From the NCBI GenBank assembly GCA_020137815.1, contig CM035358.1, positions 6,200,001-6,264,000 of the forward strand: a DNA stretch of 64,000 nt. Reading direction: 5' to 3'. Under the pieces are notes generated by a model. That model ran no database searches. It saw only the letters and a program-made list of their open reading frames with translations, and was not told the origin of the DNA. The stretch comes from Hormiphora californensis. Taxonomy: Eukaryota > Animalia > Ctenophora. Shown piece after piece: positions 1 through 34,276 of this stretch; the first letter of the stretch is position 1, and the number at the start of each line of letters is the position of its first letter. The position numbers and the translations under genes are program-made.

Positions 1-994
1 CGCCCCTTTCTAGATGTTTTTGAAAATCGTCTTATATCTAAGACAGTCATAACTCTAGATATGACTACCAATTTTCACTGAAAATGCGGCAGTAAGCCTA
101 ATTTTATAAAACAAATCTGATTCAATGTTAATTTAGACTCTGAATCGCTTCTTTGTAGGTGTTTTTAAAATCGTCTTAAATTTAAGACAGTCATAAATAT
201 AGATATGACTACCAATTATATCTGAAAATACAGCAGTTAACCAACGTTGGAAAAACATGTATGATAAAATCATGATTTATAGTTTAATTTGCTCTTTTCT
301 AAGTTTTTTTGAAAATCGTCTTAATACAGTAAGATGCCCATAACTGAAGAACCGTAACTCGGATTTGCTTGAAATTTTAAACGTTTGTTCAAGATGTCAA
401 GGCAACACCACGTACCAAGCGGCGTATTCGTAAAACGATGGGAAGGCCGTCTTAATTGCCAAAGAAAACTTAAGACAGTCATAACTTTTGTTATGACTGT
501 CCGTTTTCTCTGTCCAAGCTTTAATACAAGGTTCACCACTAGACCTACCATCTCCCAAAGTTTCATGGTGATAGCTTTAAAACTGTGGCCTCCATCGTGT
601 ACGCAAAAAAGTCGTACAATCAAGGTCGTTAGTCACGCTAAAAACGGACATTTTGTCTAAAATACGACCATCTGTAGCACAAAAACCGTAACTCCGATTT
701 GCATGAAATTTTGAACGTGTGCTCTAGGTGTCAAGGCAACACGAACTACCAAGCGGCATGTTCGTAGTACAACGGGAAGGTTGTCTAAAACAAAGTTGAA
801 ATTGCCGATTTCAGACAATAAGTATAGTAGCGCTGTCACAATTTTCAAAAATTTTCAAAAATTCTCAAAAAAATTTTTTCCCGCAATTTCGATTTTCCTT
901 TTACTGGGAGTAAAGATGCTTGTTAGAGGGACAATTTTTGGGGAAATGATGGTTGGGGGAAGGGAGGATTGGGCCCCGGGCGCTTGCCAGCGCT

Positions 995-1799
995 ATGATA
1001 CGATGTTGTTGGTTGTAACTGTTAAGTTTCAATGACTTCCTGTTGTTGCTGCATGAGTTAGCTTGTTTTGCATAGACGCAGTGTTATAGGTAGACGATAT
1101 GTCCGTGTACTACAGCAGTTAATCTACCGGGGGAGATGGATGGATAATATTTTGAGTAATTAGCTGGGATTGATAACTGAAGTAGGAGCTCGATCGGGCC
1201 ATAGAACAAACAGATGGGCCTCCCTCCATTTTAACGGTTTGGATCACTAAAGTGATCGTTAAACGGTCGCTTTGATCAATTGATTAACGATCGTTGAACG
1301 ACTGTCGATCGCTTGACTAAACTCTTGCTTCGTCGAACTAAATTCTGGTAGGGTATCTGTAATCTTGCCTCGCTCAACCCTCTCTTACTAAAGGAGAGTT
1401 CGAACAACTGTGATCTCTATCTGCGACCTCTTATTGAGTCATTGAGATCATAATATTATCCGGTTTTTAGTCTCCTGTCATTTTGTAGACTGTTTTAGAA
1501 AAGAGACAGCAATTTTTCATCATTTGCTTATATATATTCTCGCTTATTATAGTCACCTATTCAAAGCTCTGGTTCATTCATTATGATAAAACTCATGGTA
1601 CCCAGCCCCCAGCATACCTCACTAGCCGGTCTCACTATGGGTCCAACACAGTCTCTTTATCTCTCTCTTGTGACTATATAGACTGTCTGTTAAGGAGCTG
1701 ACTCTTATACAATGGGCTGACAGACCCATATCACAATCAGATTATTTGTCAGAACAATCATTTGTCTGACAAATAGTGATAGAAAGTGGGAGATAGATA

Positions 1800-1842
<43 letters not shown>

Positions 1843-3060
1843 TAATCCAAAAACCAAACAAGTTTGGTGGACAGCCGGGGCCGCAGAAATTTAAAATCGT
1901 GCGAAAGTTTTGATACATGACCTTTCGGGGCCTGGGTGCTGTTAAATTCGCGTTTCCATGATTATAACCAATAACATTTTCAACTATAACGCCAGGAAAA
2001 CTAGTGCAATGATCAAACCATTAATTCATTCCACATTATCATAATACGATCCACGCATGTCACATATATTTACTGTGCACAGTGGTCGTTTCAGAGTCTG
2101 TTTTACAGATAATATTATTCTGATAATAATAGTGTGTCTTGAAAGAACGGCTGACTATCATGGAAACGCGAATTTAACAGCACAGTAGCAAGATTTGGGC
2201 TTGTTGCTAGAGTGTTCGTCGAATTGTGCATCATGCAGCTGCCTCTTTATTTGGCCATATGATATATCAAATGATACGATGTTGTTGGTTGTAACTGTTA
2301 AGTTTCAATGACTTCCTGTTGTTGCTGCATGAGTTAGCTTGTTTTGCATAGACGCAGTGTTATAGGTAGACGATATGTCCGTGTACTACAGCAGTTAATC
2401 TACCGGGGGAGATGGATGGATAATATTTTGAGTAATTAGCTGGGATTGATAACTGAAGAAGGAGCTCGATCGGGCCATAGAACAAACAGATGGGCCTCCC
2501 TCCATTTTAACGGTTTGGATCACTAAAGTGATCGTTAAACGGTCGCTTTGATGAATTGATTAACAATCGTTGAACGACTGTCGATCGCTTGAATAAACGC
2601 AATTGCTTCGTCGAACTAAATTCTGGTAGGGTATCTGTAATCTTGCCTCGCTCAACCCTCTCTTACTAAAGGAGAGTTCGAACAACTGTGATCTCTATCT
2701 GCGACCTCTTATTGAGTCATTGAGATCATAATATTATCCGGTTTTTAGTCTCCTGTCATTTTGTAGACTGTTTTAGAAAAGAGACAGCAATTTTTCATCA
2801 TTTGCTTATATATATTCTCGCTTATTATAGTCACCTATTCAAAGCTCTGGTTCATTCATTATGATAAAACTCATGGTACCCAGCCCCCAGGGAAAAACTC
2901 CTAAAAACGGTTCTCACATGGGTCCCAACACATCTTTTTCTTCTCTTTTGTGACTATATAGGGATGTTGTTTAAGGGGGCTGACTCTGATAAAAAGGGCT
3001 GACAGACCCATATCACAATCAGATTATTTGTCAGGGAAAAATCATTTGCGGAAAAAATAG
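995..3060 (+). repeat. Direct duplication (995-~1800 vs 2271-~3060)
   Basis: Offset 1276 bp; nearly identical for ~620 bp, then the second copy degrades progressively. Confidence 0.9.
1936..2183. mobile_element. MITE with 27-bp TIRs
   Basis: GTGCTGTTAAATTCGCGTTTCCATGAT at 1936-1962 and its exact reverse complement at 2157-2183. Confidence 0.7.
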
Positions 3061-4169
3061 TGAAGAAAGGGGAGATGGAAGAGGAAGAGAGAGAGAGGGG
3101 AAAAGAGAGAGAGGAGGAGAAAAGAGAGAAGGGAGAGAGGGAACGAAGAGAGAGGGAGAGGAAGGAGGAGGAAGAGGAAGACCAAAGGCCCGGGGGGATG
3201 GAGAGGAAAAGAGTGGAGAGGAGACACGAGAGACGGAAAAAGAGGGGAGAGAGAAAGACGAGATTTGTTGAAGAAAGGGGAAGACGAGGTGAAGAAGAGA
3301 GGAGAAGAAGGGAGAGGAGAGGAGAGATAGAAAGGGAAAAACAGTGAGAGGGAGAGAAGAGAGGGAAAAGGGTAGAGAGAGGGAGGAAGGAAGAGGGGGA
3401 GGACGAGGAGAAAAGAGGAGAGGGAAGAGAGAAGAGGACGAGGAGAAGGGAGAGACGAAGAAGAGAGGAGAGCAAGGAGGAGGAAGAGAGAAGGGGGAAA
3501 GGGGAAAAGATGAGGAAAAGAGGGAAAGATATAGATAGAGGAAGGGAAGAGAGAGAGAAGAGAAATTTAGGGTGAGAGAAATAGTAAATTAAGTAAAGAG
3601 GAAGGAAAATTTGAGGAAGAGAGGGAAGGAGGAAAAGAGAGGACCGGAAAAATATAATAATATATTCTAAATAAATAATGTAGAATTTCCCCTCTTTTGA
3701 CAGATACAAAAGGGTTATTAAAACCTACAAAATGCAAAAAACAGATGGGGCCAAAAAAATTTTGATGGGGGGAAGTTGGGGGGACCGAGTTGCCCCTATT
3801 TTGGGGCTAGGGGGGCACGTAAAAGGGAAAAAGGAAGTAATAATGAAAAAAAAATTTTAAAATCTCGTGTATAAGACAGTTTTTGATATTTATCCCCATA
3901 CTTTTTGTTTTAGTATTTTGAGTCCATTAAAAGAATTTTCACTTTTCCCCCACTATTTTCTTCCCTCTTACTCTTTATTTATGAAAAATTCGTCGTTCTT
4001 TTTTTTAAATTTTAAAAAAATGAATGAGTTTTTATAAGGGTGAAAAGGGGCCGGGTCTTGGACGGCCCTTTTGAAAAAACGAGATCAGTGCTTTTTTACC
4101 CCTAAAATTACGTTTTAAAAAAATGCGTTTCCATTTCTGCGGTCAGAAGAAGAGGGAGAGGGGAGAGAG

Positions 4170-4223
<54 letters not shown>

Positions 4224-6425
4224 GAGAGACTTGAAGAGGACTAAAGTGAGAAGATGAGCGAAAACAAGAATGATCGTGGAGACAAGAGGTCGGTCAATGA
4301 GAGATCAATCAGACACGAGGGTTGTGGTGTAAAGGCTGGAGCCAAGAATACCACCAGCAGTATCAGTTGTTCTAGAAAACGAGGAGAGAGCGGGAGAGAG
4401 AGAGGGAAGGAGAAGAGGAAAGAGAGAAGAGGGGAAGAGAAGAGAGAGAAAATAGAGAGAGAGAGTGAGAGAGGGAGAGAGAGCGAGATGACGCGAGGCG
4501 AGGAGAGGAGCGAAGCCGAAAGCGACAGCTGATTCTTCTACATTTCTAGCTCTCTCTCTTCCTCTCTCGCCGTCGACTCGCTCTATTCTCGTCAACACTC
4601 TATTGATCCATGGTTTCCAGAAAAAAACTCAAAGTTTAAATCAGCACTATACTTAGATCGGACTCTGCAGATAGAGTCATGGCGACTTTAAAACAACACG
4701 TGCGGAGACACTATCGCTATTGATTACCCCCGATATATCGTATCGACAACAGACTTTTATCGAAAGTGATCACGTGATTGATGACACGTAATGTATTACG
4801 TTATCACGTGCAATATAGCGTGTCGGTGGTAATCGCTACATAAGCGGTTCATCTCGAATACTCTCCCCGCCCTTTTCACATCTTATCAGAGAGTTGGAAT
4901 GTCAGTTGATTTGTTTTTTATCTGAGTTCTAAACCCCAGCAGCAGCTCCTAAGTATGAATTTCATACTTACCGAGCTGTTGGAATGTGCGTGAGAATTAG
5001 AAGTTTGGAGAATTTGAACTGGAGCAAGTCTGACATAATCGGCGTGTCATATTTTCACTGAGAGTCTATAATACTTTTCCCGTCCTTTCCTTCGTGATCT
5101 ATAGATTCTGCAGTTGCTGCCTATGAGTCTATCATATCCTGGTTTATATGTAAGAAGGATCATTTTTAGTCAAATAATGCCACATATTTGACTAAAGACA
5201 CGTACGTGCCACACCTCCATTCACCATGGGTCTTTCTGTCTTGAAGCTTGTTCTAAGAATTCCATGGCGACCTATAATATTGAGGAGGACCCCCCTGCTT
5301 GGACCCTCTATAATATCACTTTGTGTCGATCGTTAGCCCAGGCATGATTGATGAAGGTCAATTCGTTTAAAGATCAGTAGCAGGAATTTTTAGTAGCCGA
5401 TCTAGCTTTATCTATCTATAATAGAGGTCCCGCGTGTCCTACATTGATAGCCCTATTATAGAGGTCCTATTGATAGCCCTATACTAGCCAATTGTGCAGA
5501 TAGAGCTGAGTTCTGAGTCTCTGCTATAAATTAGGGCAAAGTCACTGTCCAGACTTCAGACATTATCTTTTGTATGACCGTTCTGTATATAATGTGGTTT
5601 TCCCTGAACTTGTTTAGGGACCGTTTTACAAATATGTTGCCTCTGTAATCGGAGTGTGTGTTTAACCTAGTTTAGTCATATATTATACCGGATGCCCTCC
5701 CTTTCCTATTTTTCAAGGGTCATGTGCCCCGTCTTGTTTTGGTTGCTGCAGTTATCAGCGTGTAGGATAAGCTCTGACGACTCATTTTTGATACATGGTA
5801 AATTCTTCGCTAACGATACTTCGCTTCTAGTTGAACAGAGCGAGCTGAGATTTACCAGTGGCTGACAATTTTCATCGTTATACCTGGCCGCTCTTTGTTC
5901 CAATTCTGACCCCATTCCGACAAGCATCTTAAAATACTTGTCGGAATGGGGTCGGAATTGGACCAATTGAGATTCTTGGGTATCATAAATAGCTTTATTG
6001 TCACAGTCGTGTCGTCTTTATCTTGTTTAACAACGTGGGACAAATGAAAAAAATTAGAGTCCCATTCAATAAAATTATTCCCTATTTAGAGGGGGGTATG
6101 ATCATGCTGATACCTATATTTTACTATAAACTTGTTACTAGTTAGTTACCTAACTCTGAGCCTCAAATCTGAGTCAGCTATAATCCCGCGTACTACTAAG
6201 TTGGTGAGTTCTTAAGAAAAAGTAGAACCTATCAGGATGTTTGACAATGCACATACCTCAAAGATAGACTGATAGAGATCCAGACTAAAGATCAAAGATA
6301 GATACGGATCTTTCATCACGTTGTTGTTGCAATATATATCTTTGATTATTTGGAGTTTTAGTGGAGCCTTGGGATCCGCGGGTGCAATGGGGTGCAATGG
6401 TATATTACCCCGGCCCGTCACAAGC

Positions 6426-6513
6426 AAACAGCCAATCAGAACTCGTTATTTAGGTAACGTGACTGGTTATCAGCCAATCAGGGACCCGTATTTCCTGATT
6501 CGGTCGGTTCCTG
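6426..6513. repeat. ~90-bp interspersed repeat (copy 1)
   Basis: AAACAGCCAATCAGAACTCGTTATTTAGGTAACGTGACTGGTTATCAGCCAATCAGGGACC..TTTCCTGATTCGGTCGGTTCCTG, flanked by GGTATATTACCCC..CCGTCA direct repeats. Confidence 0.8.
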
Positions 6514-7088
6514 GTATATTACCCCCCGTCAAAGTGACCTGTCTACGGCTTCCGGTCTCCCTATCAATGTGATCATATCAGGTGATATATATCTTTGGTT
6601 GTTGCAATCCTTTAGCCATCATGAGCTTGCATAGCATTTTGATCAAATCATAAGATAACTCCTGTCATACAATGAAATGGACGAAGGGACTACACTAACT
6701 AGGGTGCCTGGCCGTGTTGTTGTGAATTCCTTTGTCAGAGTATTGGCCCGAAAGGAATTCCTTGCCTCTTTTGGACTCTTTTCGGGCCATATATCATGAT
6801 ATTATTATTAATTAATATTATGAGAGGTCAGAGGGGAGAATAAAGAAAGAGAAAGAGAGGGGGAAGGAAAGGGTAAGAGAGCGGGACAAAAGAAAGGTTC
6901 ATATGAAACTCGTAATTCTTTTTATTCATCCACTACTCTCCCTCTCTCCCTCTCTTATTTATCTCCCTGTCTCTCTATCTCCCTCTCCCCCTATTTACTT
7001 CATGTGATAATAATTACCAAACTGGGGTGTTCCAAAGACCTGGAGATGGCATTTCCTTTTTGGTAGCCCAGTAACAATGGATCTCTGA

Positions 7089-7274
<186 letters not shown>

Positions 7275-7434
7275 CCATTTCTCCTTGTTCCACCCTCCCC
7301 ACTAATTGCTGTCGATTGTCGGCAAAAAAGCCTCTCTCCTGAGCCTAACCGCAACACTTTGTCGGGGCTCCCTCCTTCCCACGTGGTGTGCACTGTAATT
7401 GAAAGAGCGTGTCATTGTGAGTAGTATATTAGTA

Positions 7435-7967
7435 CCCCCATAGGAATTTCGCGCGGAGGAACTTGCATTCTCCAGCCTTTTCGTCACGCGAATGAAGGTG
7501 ATTATCCAAGAAAAAACTAGCTAAATTCCTGGAGAAAACAGGCATTAGTGCAGTCATTGTCTACTGCCGCGTTCCCCCTTTCAACACTGTCTGGCTGGAG
7601 AGGGGCGAGAATGGGAGAGAAAGAGGGGGTAGCTGTCAAGTGAATACCTACAACAATGGGAGAAAATTATGACACCAAGTGTCACTAACTATAGCTATGT
7701 ATCTGTGCATTAATCTAAATAAAACCCAGATAGTATTATACTTTCTACAATATTATGTTACCTCCCGTTTTTTGGGAGTCTGTAAGTTAAATATTTTCTG
7801 AGATACACCAGACAGAGTTGAAAGGGGTAACGCGGCAGTAGACAATGACTGCACTAATGCCTGTTTTCTCCAGGAATTTAGCTAGTTTTTTCTTGGATAA
7901 TCACCTTCATTCGCGTGACGAAAAGGCTGGAGAATGCAGGTTCCTCCGCGCGAAATTCCTATGGGGG
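7435..7967. mobile_element. TA-flanked MITE, ~150-bp TIRs (Tc1/mariner-like)
   Basis: TA|CCCCCATAGGAATTTCGCGCGG ... CCGCGCGAAATTCCTATGGGGG|TA; near-perfect arms. Confidence 0.85.
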
Positions 7968-8319
7968 TAACGCCATGCTTGCCGGAAAGGGAGCTAGACA
8001 CAGGAATACCTCCGAAAATAGCACATGACGATCAGCATAAGAAGGGAAGGAGGAAGAGAGCTAGAGAGAGGGAGGGAAGGAGGGAGGGAGACTGCTGGAA
8101 AGCTCTATCTGACGTCATTTTGCCGCTTGTGATGATCCCCGCCCCTTCCAAGGTGGTGATATAAGAGAGAACTGTTCAAGCGAGAAGAGCCACTTCTACA
8201 GTCAACACCATCTTGACGATAATCATTGTGGGCTACCAACCAGTTGTCAGACCTCTCTAGCTCTCTAGCTCTCTAGCTCTCAGTCCCACTGTCTATTTAA
8301 TGTCTATCTCTCTTCCTGT

Positions 8320-9924
8320 AGTAGGGACGAATCTTAATTTTTTGACTCACTATTTGGTGAAAAGCAAATTCCGGTTGTAACCCACTAATTTTGACCCGCT
8401 GAACACGATCCCGTCCATAGGTAAGCTCGCAAAATTGGAGAAAATGCTCAAAATGAACATTTTTGTTCATTCCCAACTCCAAAATTGAAGATAATTTTCA
8501 AAAGTGGCCTACAGTCAAGATATACATCGATTCCTACTATTTTCGAGCCGCTGAGAATGATTCTGGCCATTAAAATTTAATAGGATGTCAGGAACATGCC
8601 AAAAATGGTTAAAATTGGACAAAATTGGCAAAAATGTTAAAATTTGTCTCAGGAGGTCGGGAATGGTCGCAATTGTTCACAAATACCATCCTAGTCATGT
8701 TAGAATAATGCAAGAGATTATATTTGGCCATTATGATGCTTTAATGACTCCTAATTAGTGAATAAATGACATAAATCATTGCGCATATAGCCGTTTTTGG
8801 CCATATGGCTATAGCCACTTAGTAATGGTTTAGAGACATTTCACTGGTGCCATTTTGTAGGCAATGGCCAAGTTATGGGGGGTCGACGTCGGACATTTAA
8901 GCTCTATCTTCAACCGTTTAGCCGTTATTTGGCTTTAAAGGTGCTCAAAATCGGATTTTTTACCGTTTTTTGCTCATTTTGAGCACCTTTAAAGCCAAAT
9001 AACGGCTAAACGGTTGGAGATAGAGCTTAAATATCCGACGTCGACCCCCCATAATTTGGCCATTGCCTACATAATGGCACCAGTGAAATGTCTCTAAACC
9101 ATTCCTAAGTGGCTATAGCCATATGGCCAAAAACGGCTATATGCGCAATGATTTATGTCATTTATTCACTAATTAGGAGTCATTAAAGCATCATAATGGC
9201 CAAATATAATCTCTTGCATTATTCTAACATGACTAGGATGGTATTTGTGAACAATTGCGACCATTCCCGACCTCCTGAGACAAATTTTAACATTTTTGCC
9301 AATTTTGTCCAACTTTAACCAATTTTAACCATTTTTGGCATGTTCCTGACATCCTATTAAGTTTTAATGGCCAGCATCATTCTCAGCGGCTCGAAAATAG
9401 TAGGAATCGATGTATATCTTGACTGTAGGCCACTTTTGAAAATTATCTTCAATTTTGGTGTTGGGAATCTCTATTATAATTTGGAGATGTCGCGTCGAAG
9501 TGGTCGTTCGTTCAGTGCGTTTCTACGCGACAGTCTGCTCCTTCATAAAACACTTTATGTGCTCAAAGCTTTAAAGCTGTTGCTCACACTTTTGGAACTT
9601 CCAGTGGAAGTTTGTTAATATTTTCGAATGACTTTTAAAATGCAAGTCCCCATAGTTACCAATTCAGTTGTCATGGCAACCGTGTTATTGACGTTGAAAG
9701 CGTCGAAAAGAACCACCCGGCGAAGCCGGGTGGGTTATCAAAGAACCCTTACTTGAGGCGCACCCCACTAAAATGTTCATTTTGAGCATTTTATCCAATT
9801 TTGCGAGCTTACCTATGGACGGGATCGTGTTCAGCGGGTCAAAATTAGTGGGTTACAACCGGAATTTGCTTTTCACCAAATAGTGAGTCAACCACTTCTT
9901 TTTGTGAGAGATTCGTCCCTACTA
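8320..9924. mobile_element. Foldback (palindromic) non-autonomous DNA element with ~640-bp arms
   Basis: Termini AGTAGGGACGAAT / ATTCGTCCCTACT; arms near-identical in inverted orientation, centre ~8960; right arm interrupted at 9468-9770. Confidence 0.85.
9468..9770 (+). mobile_element. Mini-Helitron-like insertion inside the foldback element
   Basis: Begins A|TCTCTAT, contains hairpin CCACCCGGC-GAA-GCCGGGTGG, homologous to 28328-28635; 3' end degenerate. Confidence 0.65.
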
Positions 9925-11586
9925 CTGTGGTACTCTACAATTGAATACTGTTATGTAACCGATATATTGCAGTACTTGATACTTGCCGCGGCCGGATTTT
10001 CCAGACGCATCCAGAGGGTTCTCTTCTCTTCACGCAAAGTTTTTAACAATGATAACGCGTGTGTTTAGGCCAGAGGGGTCTCTTAAGTGAATACAGAGGT
10101 AGATGGAACTATATATCGTGTTGTGATTATACCACCCTCTTTTGTTTGTCATTAGTTTAATCTTGTTTCAGGGTGATCCTGGCATCCTTCCAACAGTCTA
10201 CCAGGGTTGATATTATAACTGTCCCAACTAGTTTCTTCCAGTGTGTTGTTATATATTGGGAGAGGGGGGACTATACTATCCCTGTGATATAGTCTCACTC
10301 CCAGCTGGTATGTTTTATATTTGTCGGGGTATAGACTTTCTGAGAGGAAGGAGTTAGGAGAGATAATAGAGACTTCCAGGAGGGAGAGATCAAAACATTA
10401 AGAGGTGATGACGGGGGTGAAATAGAAACTATTTCGACAGTGGTACGGGTTTCAAAAACTACTTTAAATTCCTGTGATGAAGTAACCTTCCCCTGTTTTA
10501 TTTTTTTCATTTTCACTAATGCATCACGAACCATATGGTGAAAGAAATTAGAGCCATGCCATTAAATCTATATTGACGTGATTCGTTATTGTAATCTGTC
10601 ACGTGTTAAAACTTTAAAAACCTTGTCGCGACTTTAATATTAATTTTAAAATTAAGACACCATGTTGTTTGTTGGCATGAATTTAAAACTGTTGTTTGTG
10701 AATTGGACCTTGATTAGAGAGCGTCCTTCAATTACCGAATACAGACGTTACGCGTGCATTTTAACAAGCTAGGCACTTAGTTACATCATATTATATGCTC
10801 CATTAACTACTTTCTATCTCTCTCTGTGAGACTAACCACTATATATAAAGGGTAGCCCTAAGTATCACACTACAAAATTGTTTCAACGCAGCTGCGAAAT
10901 ATCTCCAGCCCTGCTGCAACCAGTACAACTATATAATATTCCACTTCTCGCTTTGCTAAATTTACTACTGCAGGGGTACAGCTACTACCCTAATTTTTCC
11001 TCGCTTTTTGTGACGTCCATATTATAGAACTACTACTTATTAGCCCGTGTCGAGGAGGAACCACTACTTTTTATTCTTTTTTCGGTAGCTGTCTGAACAG
11101 AGAGTATGCGTGCAGACAGTTGTTATTTCAAATGAATAATGCTTTGATTGTTTGGCTTTCGAGTATGACGCACTAGAAGCAGTTACTAGTTAGGTTAGTT
11201 TTCAGTAGTGAAATCCGCTCGTTGCTCAATCACATAAAAACAACAACAGCAAAACCACTTTTAATATGTATGTGACTACTACTTGTTGATCATAGTCCTT
11301 TGTGATCGTAGCAAGATACATGGCTTGTGTTTCCACACATAGTTGCCATTAGAGAAAGAGATAGAGAGATAGAGATAGAGAGATAAAGATAGAGAGATAG
11401 ATCTCAGATAGAGAGATAGACCCCAGATTGAGAGATAGACCCCAGATAGAGAGATAGACCCCAGATAGAACTAGAGAGATAAAGATAGAGATAGAGAGAG
11501 ATAGACCCCAGATAGGCACTGCAGACGGCACACCCACCACTAAGGGTGCAATGTTTGTCGATTGTCCTGTATAGAATTAGACATGA

Positions 11587-11666
<80 letters not shown>

Positions 11667-11900
11667 CCGATAATCCAGCCCACCTCCTACTTGCAACAAT
11701 ACTGATTTCTTTGTTTAGCATTTATAGCTTTAATTTGAACAGAATTAAATTTTCAGTTTACTGTCTCTGCTTGACCGCTCACGCATTATATTGCCAGGTT
11801 TCTGACCGATTTTACTGTTTTAATTCTTGAACGATTATCCATCGTCTTGTTTGTATTCTAACCGATTCTTTTCGTTTAGCCGATTGTATTATAACAAGAG

Positions 11901-12813
11901 ATGAACTACGTTATCACACTCCTCGTCGCTTTTCTAGCCCTTACACAAGGTAAAAGTCCAGAATTATTATCACATTATATTTATGACGTAACGAATATAA
12001 AAAACAATTCCCCCTAATCGGTGTGTTATTATCTGATAAGGCCATTCTCTTCATTCTATCATTTTCCCATTCATGATCGTTCATCTTCTAATCGTCTCTC
12101 TCTCTTGCAGGCAAACCAGTCCGACACAGAGGATCAAGAAGACCACGAGTGTATTACCGACAGGAAACAGTCCCAGAGCTCGTCCTAGAAGCAGAAGCAG
12201 AGGTCCCTACGGTAGAAAATACTGACCCCATCCCTTCCAACACACATCATGCAGGTAGGGGTTCAAGGTTTTTAGGAATTTGAAATTTTAATTCAATTCA
12301 TTTTAATTCAATTGATTATCCACAATGGATAGATAATATATTCGGATGTCTTTCTGTCCCTTATTTGGTAGGGTAACCCAGCTTGCCCTCGACCCTATGG
12401 CCTATCTTCCAGTTTCACTAACGTCACGGGTATAATTTCAGAGAGAGTGGGCAGTCTTGAGAAGAACGTCAGAAAAGTAAGACCAGCCGGAGGAAACCGA
12501 AGAATGAACAAGAAGAAAGAGAAAAGTAAGTTATTACCACCACTCCCTTTTCTTGGCTCATGATCTCATGACGTATACATTGTGTAGTCCACATTGCAGT
12601 TTATTTCACGCCCTGTGAGGGTTCGGTAGAGCATGACCTACATTCCAAAATGATGACATCACTAACATGTTACATCATGTTACATCATTACATTACTAAC
12701 ATCATGACATTACTAGGTGCAATGATTACTAACATCATGACATTATTTCAGCTGTTGTGGCACGAAGAGCAAAAGCGTTCTTTTTCCACCAAGACTGGCC
12801 CGATTACTACTGA
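11901..12813 (+). CDS. Small secreted protein, candidate peptide precursor (112 aa, 4 exons)
   Basis: Exons 11901-11949, 12111-12254, 12442-12525 and 12752-12813 splice in frame (339 nt, all phase-1 GT-AG introns) to MNYVITLLVAFLALTQGKPVRHRGSRRPRVYYRQETVPELVLEAEAEVPTVENTDPIPSNTHHAERVGSLEKNVRKVRPAGGNRRMNKKKEKTVVARRAKAFFFHQDWPDYY*. The N-terminus is a hydrophobic signal peptide. Confidence 0.75.
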
Positions 12814-13547
12814 GAGAGAAACTGAGAGGAGATTCTGAGTTATCTGATGTCACGTGCTTGGTGCACAAGCTGGGAGAGTGTTCAAAAAGGAAAGGTTGGG
12901 GTTCTGGAGAGAGAGGAGGTGACTGGTGGAGGATTCAAACGAAAGATATTGTCATCATCATTTCAAGAACAGGAATATCCGAGAGAGAGAAATGGAGAGA
13001 ACAGAAACTGAAAGACTGTCAGAATATGTTGAGTGTGTGATTGTCTGTAGTGTGATGGTGTGATATGACGCTGGGTGTGTGTGAGTAGTGCTGTGTGAGT
13101 GTGAATTTGACTGTGATTGAGCTGCTGTGTATATTTAAATTATTTATTTATTTGATCTTCAAAAAGAGTGCATTCGAAAATATATCGTGTTTTTCATTCT
13201 ACTTCCCTACAAGTTCAAGTTGTGCAAATATAACACCCCCATGATATGGTCTATTGGAGCCACTGTGTTGTTAGATCTGTTTAGCTGGTGTGAAGTTAGC
13301 AGGAAGTTACATTTCCTGTTTATATTGTGAGGGAGCTGTAGTGAGGGAGTAAATTGGGGGAGTAATGGGGGAGTAGTGAGGGAGTAAATTGGGGGAGCAG
13401 TGGGGGAGTAGTGGGGGAGTAGTGGGGGAGTAGTGGGGGGGGGGTAGTGGGGGAGTAGTGGGGGAGTAATGGGGGTCATGACTTGTTTTAACCAACAATA
13501 TCTTATATCTACCCCAACTTCCACAAAACAAAGTGGGATTCTCTAAC

Positions 13548-33313
<19,766 letters not shown>

Positions 33314-33406
33314 GACGAGATATCAACTAACATTGGGAATATTTTAGTTAGTTGAATAACTATGTGATTGATAAATATGTTAGTTAATCTGTTCGTTAAT
33401 CTGGTG

Positions 33407-33682
33407 GCAGGGTGGTGTAGTGGCCAGTGCACTCGCCCTCCACACGCTAGGTCACAGGTTCGGGCCTGGACTAACGCAATGTCACCTATACCGCCAAGCT
33501 ATGATTGGTAGAGACTCTTTCGAGGGTTTCGCAAAAACGGTGCATATCTAACCGATAAGGTTGCCTGCTTGGGGTGGCGCCCAAGCTATGCTGCAGAGAA
33601 ATCTGTACCAAAATGGACCGTCGCTGAACGCCATGAGAAATAGGAGATCAGCACCACGGCATCGTTCCGACCTACTTTTTTT
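33407..33682 (+). mobile_element. tRNA-derived SINE
   Basis: A-box TGGTGTAGTGG, B-box-like GGTTCGGGCCT, ~200-bp body ending in a T8 run; divergent from the FBP1 start codon. Confidence 0.55.
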
Positions 33683-34276
33683 GATCTGGATTATAAACTT
33701 GTAATTTGTTGAAACCACACTGCCCTGAGATCATTAAAATATGTTGCTTAATTTGAAAAATAAAATGATATCAAATGACCGGATATATTCGATTTGCGTA
33801 ATAATATTGGTAATTATGTACATCATTTCATATTCAGTAACCTCTAGTGAGGTCTCTGTGTGTGAAATGAAATGGAAATTGGCACTATCCTTGGTATTTA
33901 ACACATTGCTCAACTGTTGTAGCATCACGAGCCATGCAGTTGTTTATTCCTGCTGTTCATAATACTGTCGACAAAATAGTAACTTTTAGTCTACCATAGT
34001 AATTCGATTTATCGTGTGTACTATTAATGACCAAATTTTGATATGGGCTGTTCATCATTTCCCACTGCAATGCGGTGTTATATGGTCCATCGCTAATTGT
34101 GATGCCTGTGGGTCGAAGAGGGTGGTGTGATTTAAGTTCGGCGCTAATTTACTTAATTAACCATGACTCAGTTCAATTAAAATTCCTCTGTCCAGTTCCA
34201 ATTATTCTCCTATGTCTCGTTTCTGTGTCCCTGTGTTTCCGGAGTATCATATGGGTATGTGGAAACACTTCCCCAT

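Noticed and set aside
1-1000. Degenerate repeats (GTTTTTGAAAATCGTCTTA) ending in GGGCCCCGGGCGCTTGCCAGCGCTATGATA, a motif also at ~32757-32788
   Set aside because: Probably the end of a repeat family, but it is cut by the window edge and could not be classified; its ORFs have no recognisable motifs.
2890-4600. Long GA-rich ORFs (e.g. 2954-3709, 3060-3347) and the degrading second copy of the 995-1800 duplication
   Set aside because: Progressive decay into purine-rich noise after a near-identical copy looks like a low-quality read tail or haplotype misassembly; the ORFs are low-complexity artefacts.
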